Positions 1-13,790 of a DNA stretch of 64,000 bases are shown here, piece by piece. Below the pieces are notes generated by a model that saw only the letters and a program-made list of their open reading frames with translations, had not been told where the DNA came from and did no database searches. Origin of the DNA: the human T2T-CHM13v2.0 reference genome, Homo sapiens; assembly GCF_009914755.1 (NCBI RefSeq), contig NC_060938.1; one strand, 5' to 3'. The stretch's first letter is position 1, and each line of letters begins with the position of its first letter. A program made the position numbers and the translations under genes.

Positions 1-590
1 CAGAAAATTAAGGTAATTTGTTCATCACGGACAATTTTTGAAAAAAGACTGGTTACATTCTGGTATTTCCATGCATTGAAATAACACAGCTATTTTGAAA
101 AGAATTCAGTAAATCTGAAAGTTCAATTCAGAATGATCTCCAATATTGAGGGGGAGAAAGCAGAATAACAGAAAAAATGCATAAAGTGTACCCAGATATA
201 TATAGACAAATAAAAAAGAGCAAGATAGACATGGGTGATACAAGATGCATGCCCGGGTAGGCAGACACTCCTGCAAATTTAAACATCAACTTGTAAGAAA
301 TGTCGCAACTGGTAGGTGAACAGGTTCAAGGCCAGAGGAAGAGAGATCTGTCTTTCAACGTATACTCTGTGTACTACCCAAACATTTAAAATATGTTTAT
401 ACAATGCCTTTTGAAAAATAAATTTTAAAACATTGTGAAATTGCATCATAGGCCATCAGTGAAATGTAATGAGATAATATGGAGGGAATATAGACGATAT
501 TTTATTCTCTTTGCACATTGCATTTAAATTTCCTACAAAGATTCAATAATGATTGTATAATCAGAGAAAATAAACTAAAATAGAAACAAC
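1..590 (+). mobile_element. Ancient L1 (L1ME/L1MC-like) 3' UTR remnant
   Basis: Degenerate match to L1M 3' motifs (ttccatgcattgaaataacacagctatt...aagaat; gtataatcagagaaaataaa). Confidence 0.55.
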
Positions 591-659
591 TTTAATGCAA
601 GTGGAAGCGTAATTTTTAGATAAGTAGCTTTTCATGTAAATATAGGAAACTAAGAGCTT

Positions 660-704
660 CAGCCTCAAGAAGCATAAAATCGCAGCCTCAAGAAGCATAA
701 AATC
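660..704 (+). repeat. 23-bp tandem duplication
   Basis: cagcctcaagaagcataaaatc exact at 660-681 and 683-704. Confidence 0.95.
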
Positions 705-1455
705 TCAACCGACGCAGCCACGTGGAGACATGCTTGTGATAGAATGTTAAGTGGAAAGGAAGAGACACATTTAAAATGAGAAATACGTTCCATTTAGAAT
801 TGCTTAGTCACAGTTGCCCCTCTGAGCAAGAAGTGGTTGTTGACATGGCAGCAAAATAGCGGGTCAATGTTGAGGACAAAAATGCATCAAATCCATCGTG
901 TGGCTTTACACGTGAGTAAGAAGCTGCTGATGTTTGGTTTTGCTTTGTTTTTCTTTTATATAGATTCACAGAAATCCTTGTAGGAACGCTCATCATTTTC
1001 TTACACGAAAGAAATCTCAGAAAACCTTCCTGGCCATAGATGCTAAGGAGGGCAATGTTCAGATGCCTGAACAGCACCAGGCATGCAGTGAAGTCTCAAA
1101 CGCGATCTGCCTACAGAGGCTTCATCTGCCAGCTCCTTATACGGAGCGTTGGAAGGAGCCGTTAACTCCAGGAAGGCATTGCTTCACCCTCGACTCCACT
1201 CCTAATGCTTTCCGGTAACTAAAACTCCTCTGAGTGTCCTCATTGAGGAAGTATTTGCTGTTCCCTGGCCTCCACCCATTATGAGCCGGGTCTCCTGACC
1301 TGTTCCAGTTCCCACTGCCCAGTGGTTTAATCCAACACATCCCTTCTCACCTTCTTTAAACACTCCCCTTACTTCTTGACCATCTAAAACCTGGCTACTT
1401 CTGGAATAACACCACTCTGCCTTCATTTAGGCATCTAATAAGCATGTTAAACTTT

Positions 1456-1735
<280 letters not shown>

Positions 1736-2280
1736 AAGCACGTTCAACCTAACCAAAGAGTCCACACAGACCTCTAGCTTTTCCATGTAATACTGTTCTG
1801 CCTCTCCTTCCTCATGTCAGTCCACAGAACCACCCAGAAGCTCCAGCCAAAATCACAGGCAGCCTTATTTCTCTCTTTGCCTCACTACTCACATCAGATC
1901 CAGAAGCAAGTTCTTTCTGTTGACTCTATTCCCAAATATATCTGAAATGAGTTCGCTCACCCTCCCACCCCCATGGCTGCCATTCAGTCTGTGCCACCTC
2001 CCCACTGCCTCCCACCTGAGGCAATCTGCATCCTGGCTCAGCGTCATCTACCTGGAAACCTTACCTGTCACCTTTTATAGCAGAGTCCTCATCACCCTGA
2101 CTTTTCGGGTAAATCTTGCCTTTTTGGAGAAGTTTGCAAGGCTACTCAGCCTCTATCCTTCTTTAATGTTTTTTTATGGAGCACTGAACTCTTCTTGATT
2201 GATTGACTGATGGATTGCCTGTCTCTGCCATTAGACTCTAAGCACAGTAAGAATGGGGGCCCTTGGCTATCTTGTTCACT

Positions 2281-2313
2281 AAGAAATTCCCAAGAAATTC
2301 CCAAGATATTCCC
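2281..2313 (+). repeat. 11-bp unit x3 inside L2
   Basis: aagaaattccc aagaaattccc aagatattccc. Confidence 0.9.
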
Positions 2314-2619
2314 AGAGGTGAAGACATGGCTGGCACATGGTAGGTCTTCAGTAAATGCTTGATGAATAAATGAACAAATTAAAATGTTCTGTTTACATTC
2401 TGGTCATCTCTGCTGGATTGTCAGCACCTTGAGGACAAAAGCAGCATTGTGTGGACACCTGTGTTCCTGTCACCTGGTACCCAGAATAGGACATCAGTAA
2501 TGTGTATCGGATTAGTGAGAACTGGGGCATATATTTGTCAATATTTAATTGCATGAAGAGATATAACTGATCAACAAATAACCCACCCCTTAGCCCCCCA
2601 CTTCTATAAATAATTCTCC

Positions 2620-2850
2620 TAATTATATGGCATTTACAAAGGGCTTTCTGTGTATCAGGTACTATCCCGCATGTCTTATCCATATTAGCTCAGTTAATTA
2701 TTTGAACAACCCATAAGGTAGGAATTATTAGTATCTCCACTTTAGAGATAAGAACACTGAGCCACAGAGAGGTTGAGTATATCAATGGAGGAAGTAAATT
2801 AAAGTTGACATGGAATTCAGACTCCCTGATCACCAGGGCACTCAGATTCT
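2620..2850 (-). mobile_element. MIR
   Basis: Reverse MIR core (ccataaggtaggaattattagtatctccactttagagataagaacactgagccacagagaggttgagt). Confidence 0.85.
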
Positions 2851-2915
2851 GATCCACTTTGCCAAGCTGACCACCAGTACTTTTGAGTCCTTTCTAAGTT
2901 CTATTTACCTTAGAA

Positions 2916-3097
2916 CTCTGCTATCCAATGCCGCTAGCCACAGGGGTACTTAAATGTACATCGATTACAATCAAATACATTTTAAAAATCCAGTTTCTTG
3001 ATGTTATTGACCACCTGTCTTCTCACTAGTGGCTGCCATATCAGAAAGCACAGATATAGGACATCTCCATGGCAGAAAGCTCTCTTGGATGGAGCTA
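2916..3097. mobile_element. MER3 (hAT-Charlie MITE)
   Basis: ctatccaat...ctagccac start, agtggctgccatat...cagatataggacat...gaaagctctcttgga end; possible 8-bp TSD ccttagaa/cctacgaa. Confidence 0.75.
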
Positions 3098-3877
3098 CCT
3101 ACGAATACTGATCCTTCGAGGACAAAGATCATATCGCACATTGATCATAACTTTTTTTGGTGAGGTGAAAGAGTCAGCTCTAATAATGAGCATAGTAGAA
3201 ATCCTTAATAAATATTAGCTATTCATTCCTGAGGCATGTCTTTGCCACCTAATGGTAAACCAAGATATCTTGTTGCTAATAAGTGAGCATTCATATAAAT
3301 CAAGTTCTTCATTCCTGACTGAAGGGGGAAAAGGCTGAGGTGCTTGTGTTCCCAGTGTTGCTAACTATGGCACACATCAGAGCCAGCTCCCTTTACTTGC
3401 CTATTCTACTCCTAATTAAGGATGTTTATTGTGTTCTTTGTTCATATGGATTTTTTTCTCAACAAATATATTTGACTATTTAGCAGCTCTGAACTTTCCA
3501 TACCCTGGAGAGAAAGCTCAAAATTGAGATCTATTAAGGATGCATGCAACGCTCAGAGTTTTCCAAGACTGTGATTTTATTTTATTTTATTTCACTGCTT
3601 TTTTCACTAGCAGTGTTCAAATCCCATAACATTCTGACAGGTTTCCAGGAGGATGTTAATTAAGACCTTCAGCTTCATTGTCAAGAGCCAGGAACGTATT
3701 CCACAGTTCAAGACAAGTAGCACGTACTGAGACCCTTCCATGTGCCACCCTATGTTAGGCACAGGGCTTTGGAGAAGTACTACCATGTCTCTGATCTTGT
3801 GCTAGGAACTGGGGATTTGGAGAAGGACCCTGGACAACTAAGGACTTCCCATTCTATGGAAAAGAGGGGGTGTATAA

Positions 3878-4565
3878 ACATTCATTCATGTAATCAATAT
3901 TTATTAAGCAACTACTAAATACCCAGCAGAAGGCTAGGCAGTGAGGATCTAGAAGAGGGCACGAAACAATTTCTGCCTTTGTGGAAGTTGCAGTGGGGAA
4001 ACAGCCCAAAAGCAAATGCATGGACATATAATATGTCAAGTGCCAATAAAATAATGCTAAGGAAATAAAGCAGGTTGTGGGGGATGAAAAGCATGGTTGA
4101 AAGCAAGATTTTACAGCGAGCAACAGGAGAGTCTGAGGAGGTGATGGGAATACAGTGGGAGAGGGGGCCATGACATCATACAGCAAAGAGTACTCAGGGT
4201 AGAAGCACTGGAAATGCAAAAGCCTTTCAGTGGGAGGGCACTGGGCATGTCTGGGGAAGAACTGGGGAGGGGAAAGGGAAGAAAGGATGACAGGACATGA
4301 GGTCACATATGCAGGTGGGGCAAAATAAGAGGGGGTCTCATCGATGTTGGAAGGACTTTGGGTTTTATTTTCAGGATTCTGAGCAGAGTTGGGACTTCAT
4401 TGACTTATATTTTAGAGAAATCTCTCTGTGCAAAGAATAGACACAGGGCAGCAAGGATGGAGCAAGGCCACCAGGTGGAAGACAACCACAACAACGGAAG
4501 GGAGGGGTCACTCTGTCTGGGGCCAGGGTGCTGGAAGCCCAGAGTTTTCCGATGTGAAGTATGAG
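3878..4565 (-). mobile_element. L2a
   Basis: ttcattcat...atatttattaagcaactacta (reverse L2 3' end) followed by about 650 bp of L2 body. Confidence 0.85.
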
Positions 4566-4656
4566 CAGAACAGCATGATAAATAAATGCATGCATGGGAG
4601 TGCTTTGATAGGGATGTGCATAAGCATTAGGGACACACAGAGGAGGGACACCTGAC

Positions 4657-4838
4657 TGGCTGCCAGATTTAGCAGATAAAAATTCAAGAGGCCCAGTTAA
4701 ATTTGAATCTCAGATAAACATTTTGTTTTAATCCTCAAATGTTTCATGCAGTATTAGGGACATACTTACACTAAGAAATCATTTGTTGCTTATTTGAAAT
4801 TTAAATTTAACAGGTAGATCTGTATGTTATCTGCAATG
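4657..4838. mobile_element. MER53 palindromic hAT MITE
   Basis: tgccagatttagcagataaaaat...cccagttaaatttgaat / tttaaatttaacagg...tgttatctgcaa inverted arms. Confidence 0.85.
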
Positions 4839-6866
4839 TAACCAATGTGCTGGTCACACCCAAGGTAGGTATTGAAGGACAAGCAGGACTTGGCCAGGTG
4901 AGTAAGGAGGAAAGGAGTCCCAGGCAAAAGAAATTACATCTGTCCCTTCTCTGAATTTCCATGGACCTTTCAGAAAGTAGAACTCAAACACCTGCGGGAG
5001 AGGGAGCAGCACCAGCCCACCACTTCCAGTGCCTCTAAAAGCCAAAGTCAGGTCAGTGACCAAAGTTCAGGGAGGCAGCCTTCAGCTTAGTTCTAGGAAG
5101 AGTGTCCTCTCAAAGCCTGTAATGCCAAAGATTCATGTGAGCTTCTCACAAATAAGTGGTCAAGATGGCCACCACCATTTTCCCCCAGGCTAAAGGTCTG
5201 CCTTGCAGAATTTGAGCTGGATCTTGGATGGATAGGATTTAGAGATCCGTGAATACTCATAACCATTTGTGCACAAATACTCATGGAGGGCTTGCCACAT
5301 TTCAAAGGCTGCATTAGATGTCTTGCTCAAGTCTCACAGAGGGGACAAACAGTAGAGCAGGGCTCACACCCAGGCCTGCCCAGCTCAGACCCTTCCCACC
5401 TCTTTCTACATTGCTTACCCCCACCCCCACTCTCCCCAAAATGGCACCAACAAAGTGAGAAGGGGAGAGCTTGTTGAGCTGGGCAAATTACTTGAAAAAA
5501 GGTACAGTGGTGGAAATGCATGTTGTGGTCCAGAGGATAGTGAGGAAATCTGTCTGATTTGAAGATAATGCAGGAGATAGTTGAGGCCTCGGGCGAGCCA
5601 CTGAGTGCTTGGCTGCCGTACATCCCCATGTGATGGAAAGTTTGGAAGACCTTGGAGATGGAGAGAAACAGAGGAACAGCGGGGAGGAAAGCCAGAGAAA
5701 TATTCTGTTTCCCAGAGCCTATTCACAGAGGTAGCCAAGGGTGAGAATGAGAAAACACCCTGCCTTCGTGGGATTTTTATTAAGAAGCAGAATAAGACAT
5801 TAAGTAATGGCTTATTTGAGTGCACATACTCAGCAGGGAAACAACCAGTGATTTCAGAGAGCTATATTATTACTTTGTGTTTGCTTATCTTTTTCTCTCC
5901 TTACCTGATAATCATCTGTAGCTCTATCTGTCTTTTTAAGGACATGTGAGAAAATAGAAAAGGTTACAGAGGACATTCAAAGAATTGCATATTATTACCT
6001 GGCTTTCCAGAGCTGACTGTGCAATTGTTTGTTTTTGATGAGATAACAATGAAGATAGAATTGTTCAAAGCAAATGCTGTTCAAATTTCATCAAGCCATA
6101 CCTCACTACCCCACTCTCACGCACGCCCCCACCCTGCACTGATGACTATTGGGAACACCCTGGCCACTGCCAATGGAATGATCGGTGAGAAGTAAAATTT
6201 TTTTTCTTTGATCTCCCTGCCCACTAGAACCAATGACATTTCTGGATTATTCAGATGGCATTAATTTCTAGTGATGGCATCAGGTTCTCACCCAGGGTTT
6301 CCCAAGTAAGCCCTATCGCTGCACCCCTTAATACCTTAGTATGCTGGCCCTTCCTTCCCGGTGAAACGCCCTCCTGCCCTTCCCCAATCTGCCTTTTTCT
6401 TTCTTTTCTTTCTTTCATCACTGCAAGCATATTTAATCATCATTTTCTTTGTCACATGGATGCAGTACATTTCGTACTCTCTCCCCTGCTTGTTTCTAGA
6501 TCTACTTTCCCATTGGCCATCTTTTTGGGATTATTGTGTATTTCTGGAGCATCATGCCTGCACAAAGTTACCACTCCTTGAGTTTTGTCCAATAAATGAA
6601 CAAATAACAAAAAGTAAATATTTACCAGGAGTAGAGGAAAAGTATTATTTTAGGAGTCCTCTATATGTTGTGTGACGGGTGCTTCATGGTATTTCTAGAG
6701 CTCTACTGGATGCCTTTGCATTTCAAAAGAGAATCATGTTGATTCTTCATGAGCAGTGTTGCAGATGAGTCACCTGCACCATTGACACAATGAAGGGAAC
6801 ATCTCTGCATGAGACTAGCCATCTACATTGCTTTTCAATCTCACCCAAAAGACGGTTCAAAGATAA

Positions 6867-7112
6867 GTGTTAGAGACCATGGCTTTGGAGTTCAAATGCT
6901 CTGGATTCGGACATATGTTCTGTCATGACAATTCTGTGCAAGTTTTGGCAAGTAACCTTTCACCTCTGTCAACCTCTGTTTCCACCTATGTAAAATGAGA
7001 AAAATAAAAGTATTAACCTCATAAAAATGTTGTGAGAAAAAGATGAGCTAATACACTTGACACTTAACACAGTGCCTGCTATAGAAGTGTTTCAATACTA
7101 GGTGTCATTACT
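6867..7112 (+). mobile_element. MIR, near full length
   Basis: MIR core ggcaagtaac...ctctgtttccacctatgtaaaatgag and 3' acacagtgcctg. Confidence 0.85.
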
Positions 7113-7742
7113 GGTACCTCTTTTATTTTTATTCATGCATTCATTTATTTATTAGTTTATCCCTTGAGCAAGTCAGTAGGTCTAGCATTGTACTACACAG
7201 TAGTCCCCACATGAAGAATGGTCTTCCTAAACCCTTGGGAAGTTCTTGGGCTCAGTCCAGAACTGTCGCTCTGATGCCTCCTCCACTCCACTATCCAGAC
7301 CAACGCTGGTCTGGGACCCCAGTGGGTACCTCTCCATCTCTTCTGTTCCCAGATCTGATAACTCACCCAGGGATTGTCTCTGACTTTCCAGTCTTGTTAT
7401 CTTGATAGCAAGATTGATTCAGTGGCTTCCTCTACCTGCTTCAATGCCACCAAATATTATATCTGAACTAGTCCAGCCCCCCCAGATCTCACATCATGGT
7501 GCAGAGTGTCACAAGTGTTGTACCCCTAGATTAACCATAACAGTGTGGCAGGAATCTAAACAATTCCTTCCAGATAAATAAGGAGGTACCAAGATGGAGA
7601 GTTTCATAGCATCTGTATTCTTTATAAATAAGGTCAAATACAGGTAAACTTTTGGAAGTGATCTATTATAGTCTATTTCTAGCTGGGCTAATGGCGGGAG
7701 GGGGTGGGATGAGCTGTGTAGTGGACTTTGGCTGGACATTCA

Positions 7743-7850
7743 GTACTCCAGTTACCTACTGTTGCATAACAAAGACTCCAAAACTCAGTGGCTTAATACA
7801 ACGATTTACTGTGACTACAACTCATGAGTCTGTGAGTCAAGAATTTGGAA
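7743..7850 (-). mobile_element. MLT1 (MaLR) LTR 3' fragment
   Basis: gttacctactgttgcataacaaagactccaaaactcagtggcttaatacaac. Confidence 0.75.
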
Positions 7851-8923
7851 CATATATACACAGGAAATATGTAGAAAAAATATATAATACTATTATAATA
7901 TCTTTTCAAGTCTTATCAAAGTCTTACCTCCTGAAGTTATAATTAGATTAGAGAGAATAAAAATCTTAACTCAGATTATATTAATTAGCATGTGGAAATA
8001 GACTCTACAGCTTAGCAACAGTACAGATCACCAGCTAACATGCATGTTGATAACAAGATTTGTCCATCAGATTACATAGGGTTGTTCCAGAAACCAGCCC
8101 TGCATTATTCAAGGAATCCAGAAAAAATAGGCAATGGAATTATGCTGATTTTTAAGTATAATTTTCCAGTAGTTTAAAAAGAATAAGTTTTTCATTTAAA
8201 AAGCCAGCGGGATCAGCAGGCAAATAAGTTCTGTTTTAGTTGGAAATCAGTGGGTGGGAATATAAAGCCACATTTTTTTTCCTAAATGGAACTAGAGAAG
8301 CAACAGATCTAACAAGTTGTAATCAGCCAAATTTCTTTTTTTATAAATATGTGAGTAAGGAGTTGGAGTTCTCTTTTTACAGTATATATGTTTTTAATCC
8401 AACATAGCAGTAACAAATCACCTTTGCTAATCTCACCTATGCTCATTTCTTTTTGTGCACAGAAACCTTTATTTGGGGGAAGTCAAAAGAACTTCCTTTT
8501 AAACCTTAAGAATCTATGAAAAATCAGAGATTTAAAAGACCAAAATAGCCCAAGGCCATTTGCATCTGAAGGTAAAGGAGTATGATTATCTAATAGTATC
8601 TCTCCTGTCCTCCTGCCCACAGGGTCCTAGGCTGGGCAGCTCAGGGGCACCAGCTCCCTGGACTGAGGCTGGAGGTCTGAAATGGTCAGTTGGAACGAGT
8701 TAAGCCAGGGGTCAGGTAAAACTGGGGACCTGAGAAAGGAAACTGGGAGTCAGGGAATGAGAAAGAGTATCACCCAGTGGCAGCAGAATATGGATGGAAT
8801 GGGTTATATTGGCCATTGTTGTTCACCTTCGTCCAAGAGCTTCACATTTCTGGACAAGTTTCTTCATTGGCAAAGTAGGTCTTATAATGCCTACATAGCA
8901 ATTATTTAAAAATTACGCATTAA

Positions 8924-9696
<773 letters not shown>

Positions 9697-10246
9697 AAAA
9701 TTAAGCATTAAAATGCATATAAAGGGCTTGGCCTAATTCTTGGCACATAGAAGTGTCAAAAGTCCAAGAGGCAATGGCAAGTATAGAAAAATCTGATGAA
9801 CTAATAGCTTAAGATCGAGCTGAATGCCCTGGCAGGGAAGGAAGCAAAAAGCAAACTAGGAAGATCTCTAGAGGATCCCAGACTTTGTTTGGGGTACCCC
9901 TGAGGGTATTTTTGGGTAGGGGTGTTGGACTGCCTACTGCTAGAGACATTGACTGGGGACAGACAGATGCTGTCACTCCCAACATAACAATGAAATCTAA
10001 CGGTAATAGGCCTTCTTTCATGCCACAGATCTCTTCCTCAATAGCTTGCGTGTGTGTGCCTTTTTGTGTGTGCATGTGTGGCAAGGGAACTATTTAACAA
10101 ATCCTATGGTAAGTTCACTAAGATAGTTCAATAGAAACATGAAGTGAATCATTTTGTAAAGCAAAGAATCTTTTGGCCAAGTAATTATCCAGCGTGTAAT
10201 TTTTCTTTTGTGCACCTTTCATTGGCGTGTTTGGTTATACCGCAAG

Positions 10247-10490
10247 GCAGTATTAAGGGTGTGGACACACACATTGAAATATCAAGGTGAAAATTCAAAT
10301 TCTGGGTCTTCAACTTAGGCAAGTGATTTCAGTGCTCCATGACTCAGTTTCCTCATTTTCAAATGGGGATTATACCAGTTCCTACCATGTATGTTTTTAT
10401 CAGAATTAAATGAGTTTGGGCATGTAGAACACCCAAGATAACACTTGGCACATAACTTAAGTACAACGAACATTAGTTATGTTATTCTAT
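10247..10490 (+). mobile_element. MIR
   Basis: ggcaagtgattt...ctcagtttcctcattttcaaatgggga core. Confidence 0.85.
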
Positions 10491-10509
10491 TTTATTTCAT
10501 CTTATTGTT

Positions 10510-11100
10510 TTAGCACCACCATCATTCACTTCCTTGGCCCAGAAATCTTGTAGGTGACCTTGACCTCCTCCTTTCTACCACCTTGCATAAAATTCCTTTC
10601 TACCAGAGTGCATACAATTTTATCACCAAGTCCTGTGGATTCTACAACCATAATGTGGTAGAGACAGTGCTTCTTGTCCTTCTTTCACTGCCTCTGTCCT
10701 AGTGCAGGCCATCACTCTTGCATGCTGCATTTTCAATGACAGTCCCACATAACCCTCCATACACCACCTTCCACGTTGCAACCATAAAGAACCCCAAAAG
10801 CCACCCAGAGCTGGCGTGTAAGCCACCTGAAGCTCCCCAGGGCCAACCTTGACCTAGTTCCATTTGCCTATTGCCTTATCTCAGATCTCAGGAAATGTCC
10901 CTCCTAGGGCCCTCAAAGCCATCTGCACAGGTCTTCTCGCTATACAAAGAACCCATGCTCCTTCTGGTCACTGGCACAATTTACTTTGCATTTAAAAAGA
11001 TGAGCTATTTGCATTTATTGCAGCAACCATATGGAGGCATGTTTTCTGGTTCTGTATTTCAGTGCACTTAGTGACCATTTAATAAATACAAGTTAAATTT
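10510..11100 (+). mobile_element. L2 fragment with internal diverged 25-bp tandem duplication (10570-10619)
   Basis: L2 motifs (atcaccaagtcctgtggattctac); cctttctaccaccttgcataaaatt / cctttctaccagagtgcatacaatt. Confidence 0.6.
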
Positions 11101-12059
11101 AAAAAGATAAAATGCAGTCACATTCTATAGGACAAACATCTTGGTGTGAATTCCAAGAAACAGTCCCTGAGTCAAAACTAACATGGGAATCCCAGGGAGA
11201 ATCAGCCAGCCCTACTCCTTGATTTGTCTGTAACTAGACTATGATGAAGAGCCTCAAAGCATGTCACAAAGAGCCATCTCTTTGGAGCAGAAGCTCTGCT
11301 GTCTTTGAGGTACTTCTGTGGCACTCTAATCTTATATTTTAAAATATTAGATATATTTCAGTCAAATGTAGGCCACCACTCTTGATTTCCTTCACTGTGG
11401 GTGAACAATAGAGATTTGAGTGGTGCCAAACATTGGGAAAGCACACAATTAGGTATGCTCTACTAGATTATAATTTAGTTGCATTTGGCATGATCAGTAT
11501 ACTCTTACAGAGCACTTAATATGTACAAAACTACAAATGCATTCAGGGCATATACAAATGCATTAATTATCCAGTTTGACAAGACTGTCAGGGGCTAGTA
11601 GGCACCTGTGGAAATGCCACTGAAAAGGTAATTTAAGGTGAGATCATAGAAAGACTGAAAAGTGCCAACTGAAGAGTGAGTTAAATCACTAACAAGGAGC
11701 CTGGGATGGATTACTAGCAGGGTGGATCTCATCTCTCTTAGTAGGTGTGGACATCATGTCCTTGCAACATGACTTCTGCCTTGTTATTCCAACTGAGATA
11801 TTATATGGCTTAAAGCAAATGCAGAAACAAAGCGCAGGCCTCTGCTTTTCTTGTGTCCTGATATGGAATGTTCACAAGTCAGGCTGCTTTCCCAGCTTGA
11901 CACTCTGGAGAAAATGCTTAGAGCCCAGGTAATGGGCCTGAACCCCTGGGTCCTGAGAAAGCAGCTTACACCCTCCAGCAGTGGAAGCCCAGATGATGTG
12001 GGGAGCAGATGTGGGAAGCATCAAGGAGCTGCAGATACCTGGTACAGTCCGTCGTCAAG

Positions 12060-12200
12060 GACACAGTGCAGTGGACAGAGACTCCCATAGCCACCAGCAT
12101 GAGTTCAAATTGTGGCTCTCATTGATTTGCCTTGTGGCTTTGAATGCATCATTAACTCTCTGCATCTCTAATTACTCATCTATAAAATGGTAGAAAACAA
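12060..12200 (+). mobile_element. MIR fragment
   Basis: gagttcaaat...ctcatctataaaatgg. Confidence 0.7.
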
Positions 12201-12278
12201 ACATTCCTGGCTAAATGGACATTTACCTTTGTTTTCTTTTTACTTTCTAAATCGTGCCTTCAAAGAATATAGACCCAT

Positions 12279-12942
12279 TGTGATAGTTAATACTGAGTGT
12301 CAACTTGGTTGGATTGAAGAATGCAAAGTATTGATCCTGGGTGTTGTCTGTGAGGGTGTTGCCAAAGGAGGTTAACATTTGAGTCAGTGGGCTGGGGAAG
12401 GCAGGCCCACCCTCAATCTGGTGGGCCCAATCTAATCAGCTGCCAGCAAATATAAAGCAGGCAGAAAAACATGAAAAGGTGAGACTGGTCTAGCCTCCCT
12501 GCCTGCATCTTTCTCCCATGCTGGACACTTCCTGCCCTCAAACATCAGATTCCAAGTTCTTCAGTTTTGAGGCTCACACTGCTCTCCTTGCTTCTCAAGC
12601 TTGCAGACAGCCTATTGTGGGACCTCGTGACCTTGTGATCATGTAAGTTAATACTTAATAAACTCATATATATATATATATCCTATTATAAAGGGATAGT
12701 TAATAAACTCCCCTTTTTATATCTATCTATCTATAAAATAGGGGATAGAATATATAATAGGGGATATAATAGGATATAAATATATATCCTATCATATAAA
12801 ATAGAGGATATAATAGGATACATATATATATCCCATCATATAAAATAGGGGATATAATAGGATATATATGTATATTATATAATATCCTATTATATGATAT
12901 ATATGTATATTTTATAATATCCTATTATATAATATATATCCT

Positions 12943-12996
<54 letters not shown>

Positions 12997-13035
12997 CTAT
13001 TAGTTCTGCCCTGCTAGGGAACCCTGACTAATACA
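12279..13035 (+). mobile_element. MLT2A2-like (HERV-L) solo LTR with internal AT-rich expansion
   Basis: tgtgatagttaatactgagtgtcaactt...accctgactaataca; TG...CA ends; perfect 5-bp TSD cccat at 12274-12278 and 13036-13040. Confidence 0.95.
12666..12993. repeat. Complex AT-rich minisatellite ending in about (TA)24
   Basis: Interspersed atcctatt / aataggat / ataggggata units in both orientations. Confidence 0.95.
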
Positions 13036-13171
13036 CCCATTTTTCCAATCATCAATTGTTCAAAATAAAAATACAAGTTAAATCTGGACTCAGAATCTAC
13101 GGCTACAGTCTATTACTAGATGAGAGCACAGTAGCAGCTCCAGAACTAGAGGGCTTTCATGGAAACACAAT

Positions 13172-13255
13172 CAGAGCTGCATTAGACCCAGAGCATTATA
13201 CCCAGAGCTGCATTAGACCCAGAGCATTATACCCAGAGCAGCATTAGACCCAGAG
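13172..13255 (+). repeat. Higher-order minisatellite, 31-bp period (17+14)
   Basis: cagagctgcattagacc-cagagcattatacc x2, then cagagcagcattagacc-cagag. Confidence 0.95.
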
Positions 13256-13373
13256 TGGCTATGGTTACTATGACAAACTGGTTGCTCAACCTCTTTCCTT
13301 TTCACCTTGCAGAATAAATAGAGGGTGCACACAGGGCTGTTATCAAAGGTCCCACATGCTATGAGTTACTGCT

Positions 13374-13401
13374 ATCATCATCATCATCATCATCATCATC
13401 A
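13374..13401 (+). repeat. (ATC)9 microsatellite
   Basis: Direct read. Confidence 0.98.
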
Positions 13402-13479
13402 CCAGAAGTTCAGGCCCTGGGGGAACATATAATTGTGACCCATCTCTTCCAATTTGCTCATCTATATATTTACCTACAC

Positions 13480-13790
13480 TTATTTACCTAGACCCTACAT
13501 GTTGTTAGAGAGGATGTAAGGCAGTTTACAACAACTATAGTGATGGCATGAAATGAAAATAAAAGGAAATTGAAAAGAGTAACATGAAAAAGGGAGCATG
13601 CCGTTATTTGTGGTATAAGAGTTAAGATAATTTCTATGCCTTAAGCTCCTAGCAGCTAACACAAAGAGGAGAACATGAGGAATCCATCACTTGTGTTATC
13701 ACAATGGAAGACCTCGGACAGTTCCTCAGGAGAAGAGAATCTTTCCCTGATCTTCAATCCTGATATAAGTGTTTCTAGGAGTTCTGTGGT
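13480..13790. mobile_element. Possible L4 (RTE-X) remnant; related fragment at about 17680-17850
   Basis: Shared degenerate motif agctcctagcagctaacacaaagagg / gagcttcctagaggccacagaaaaagag. Confidence 0.4.

Noticed and set aside
13172-13255. CRISPR-like repeat-spacer array
   Set aside because: No unique spacers; a eukaryotic minisatellite.
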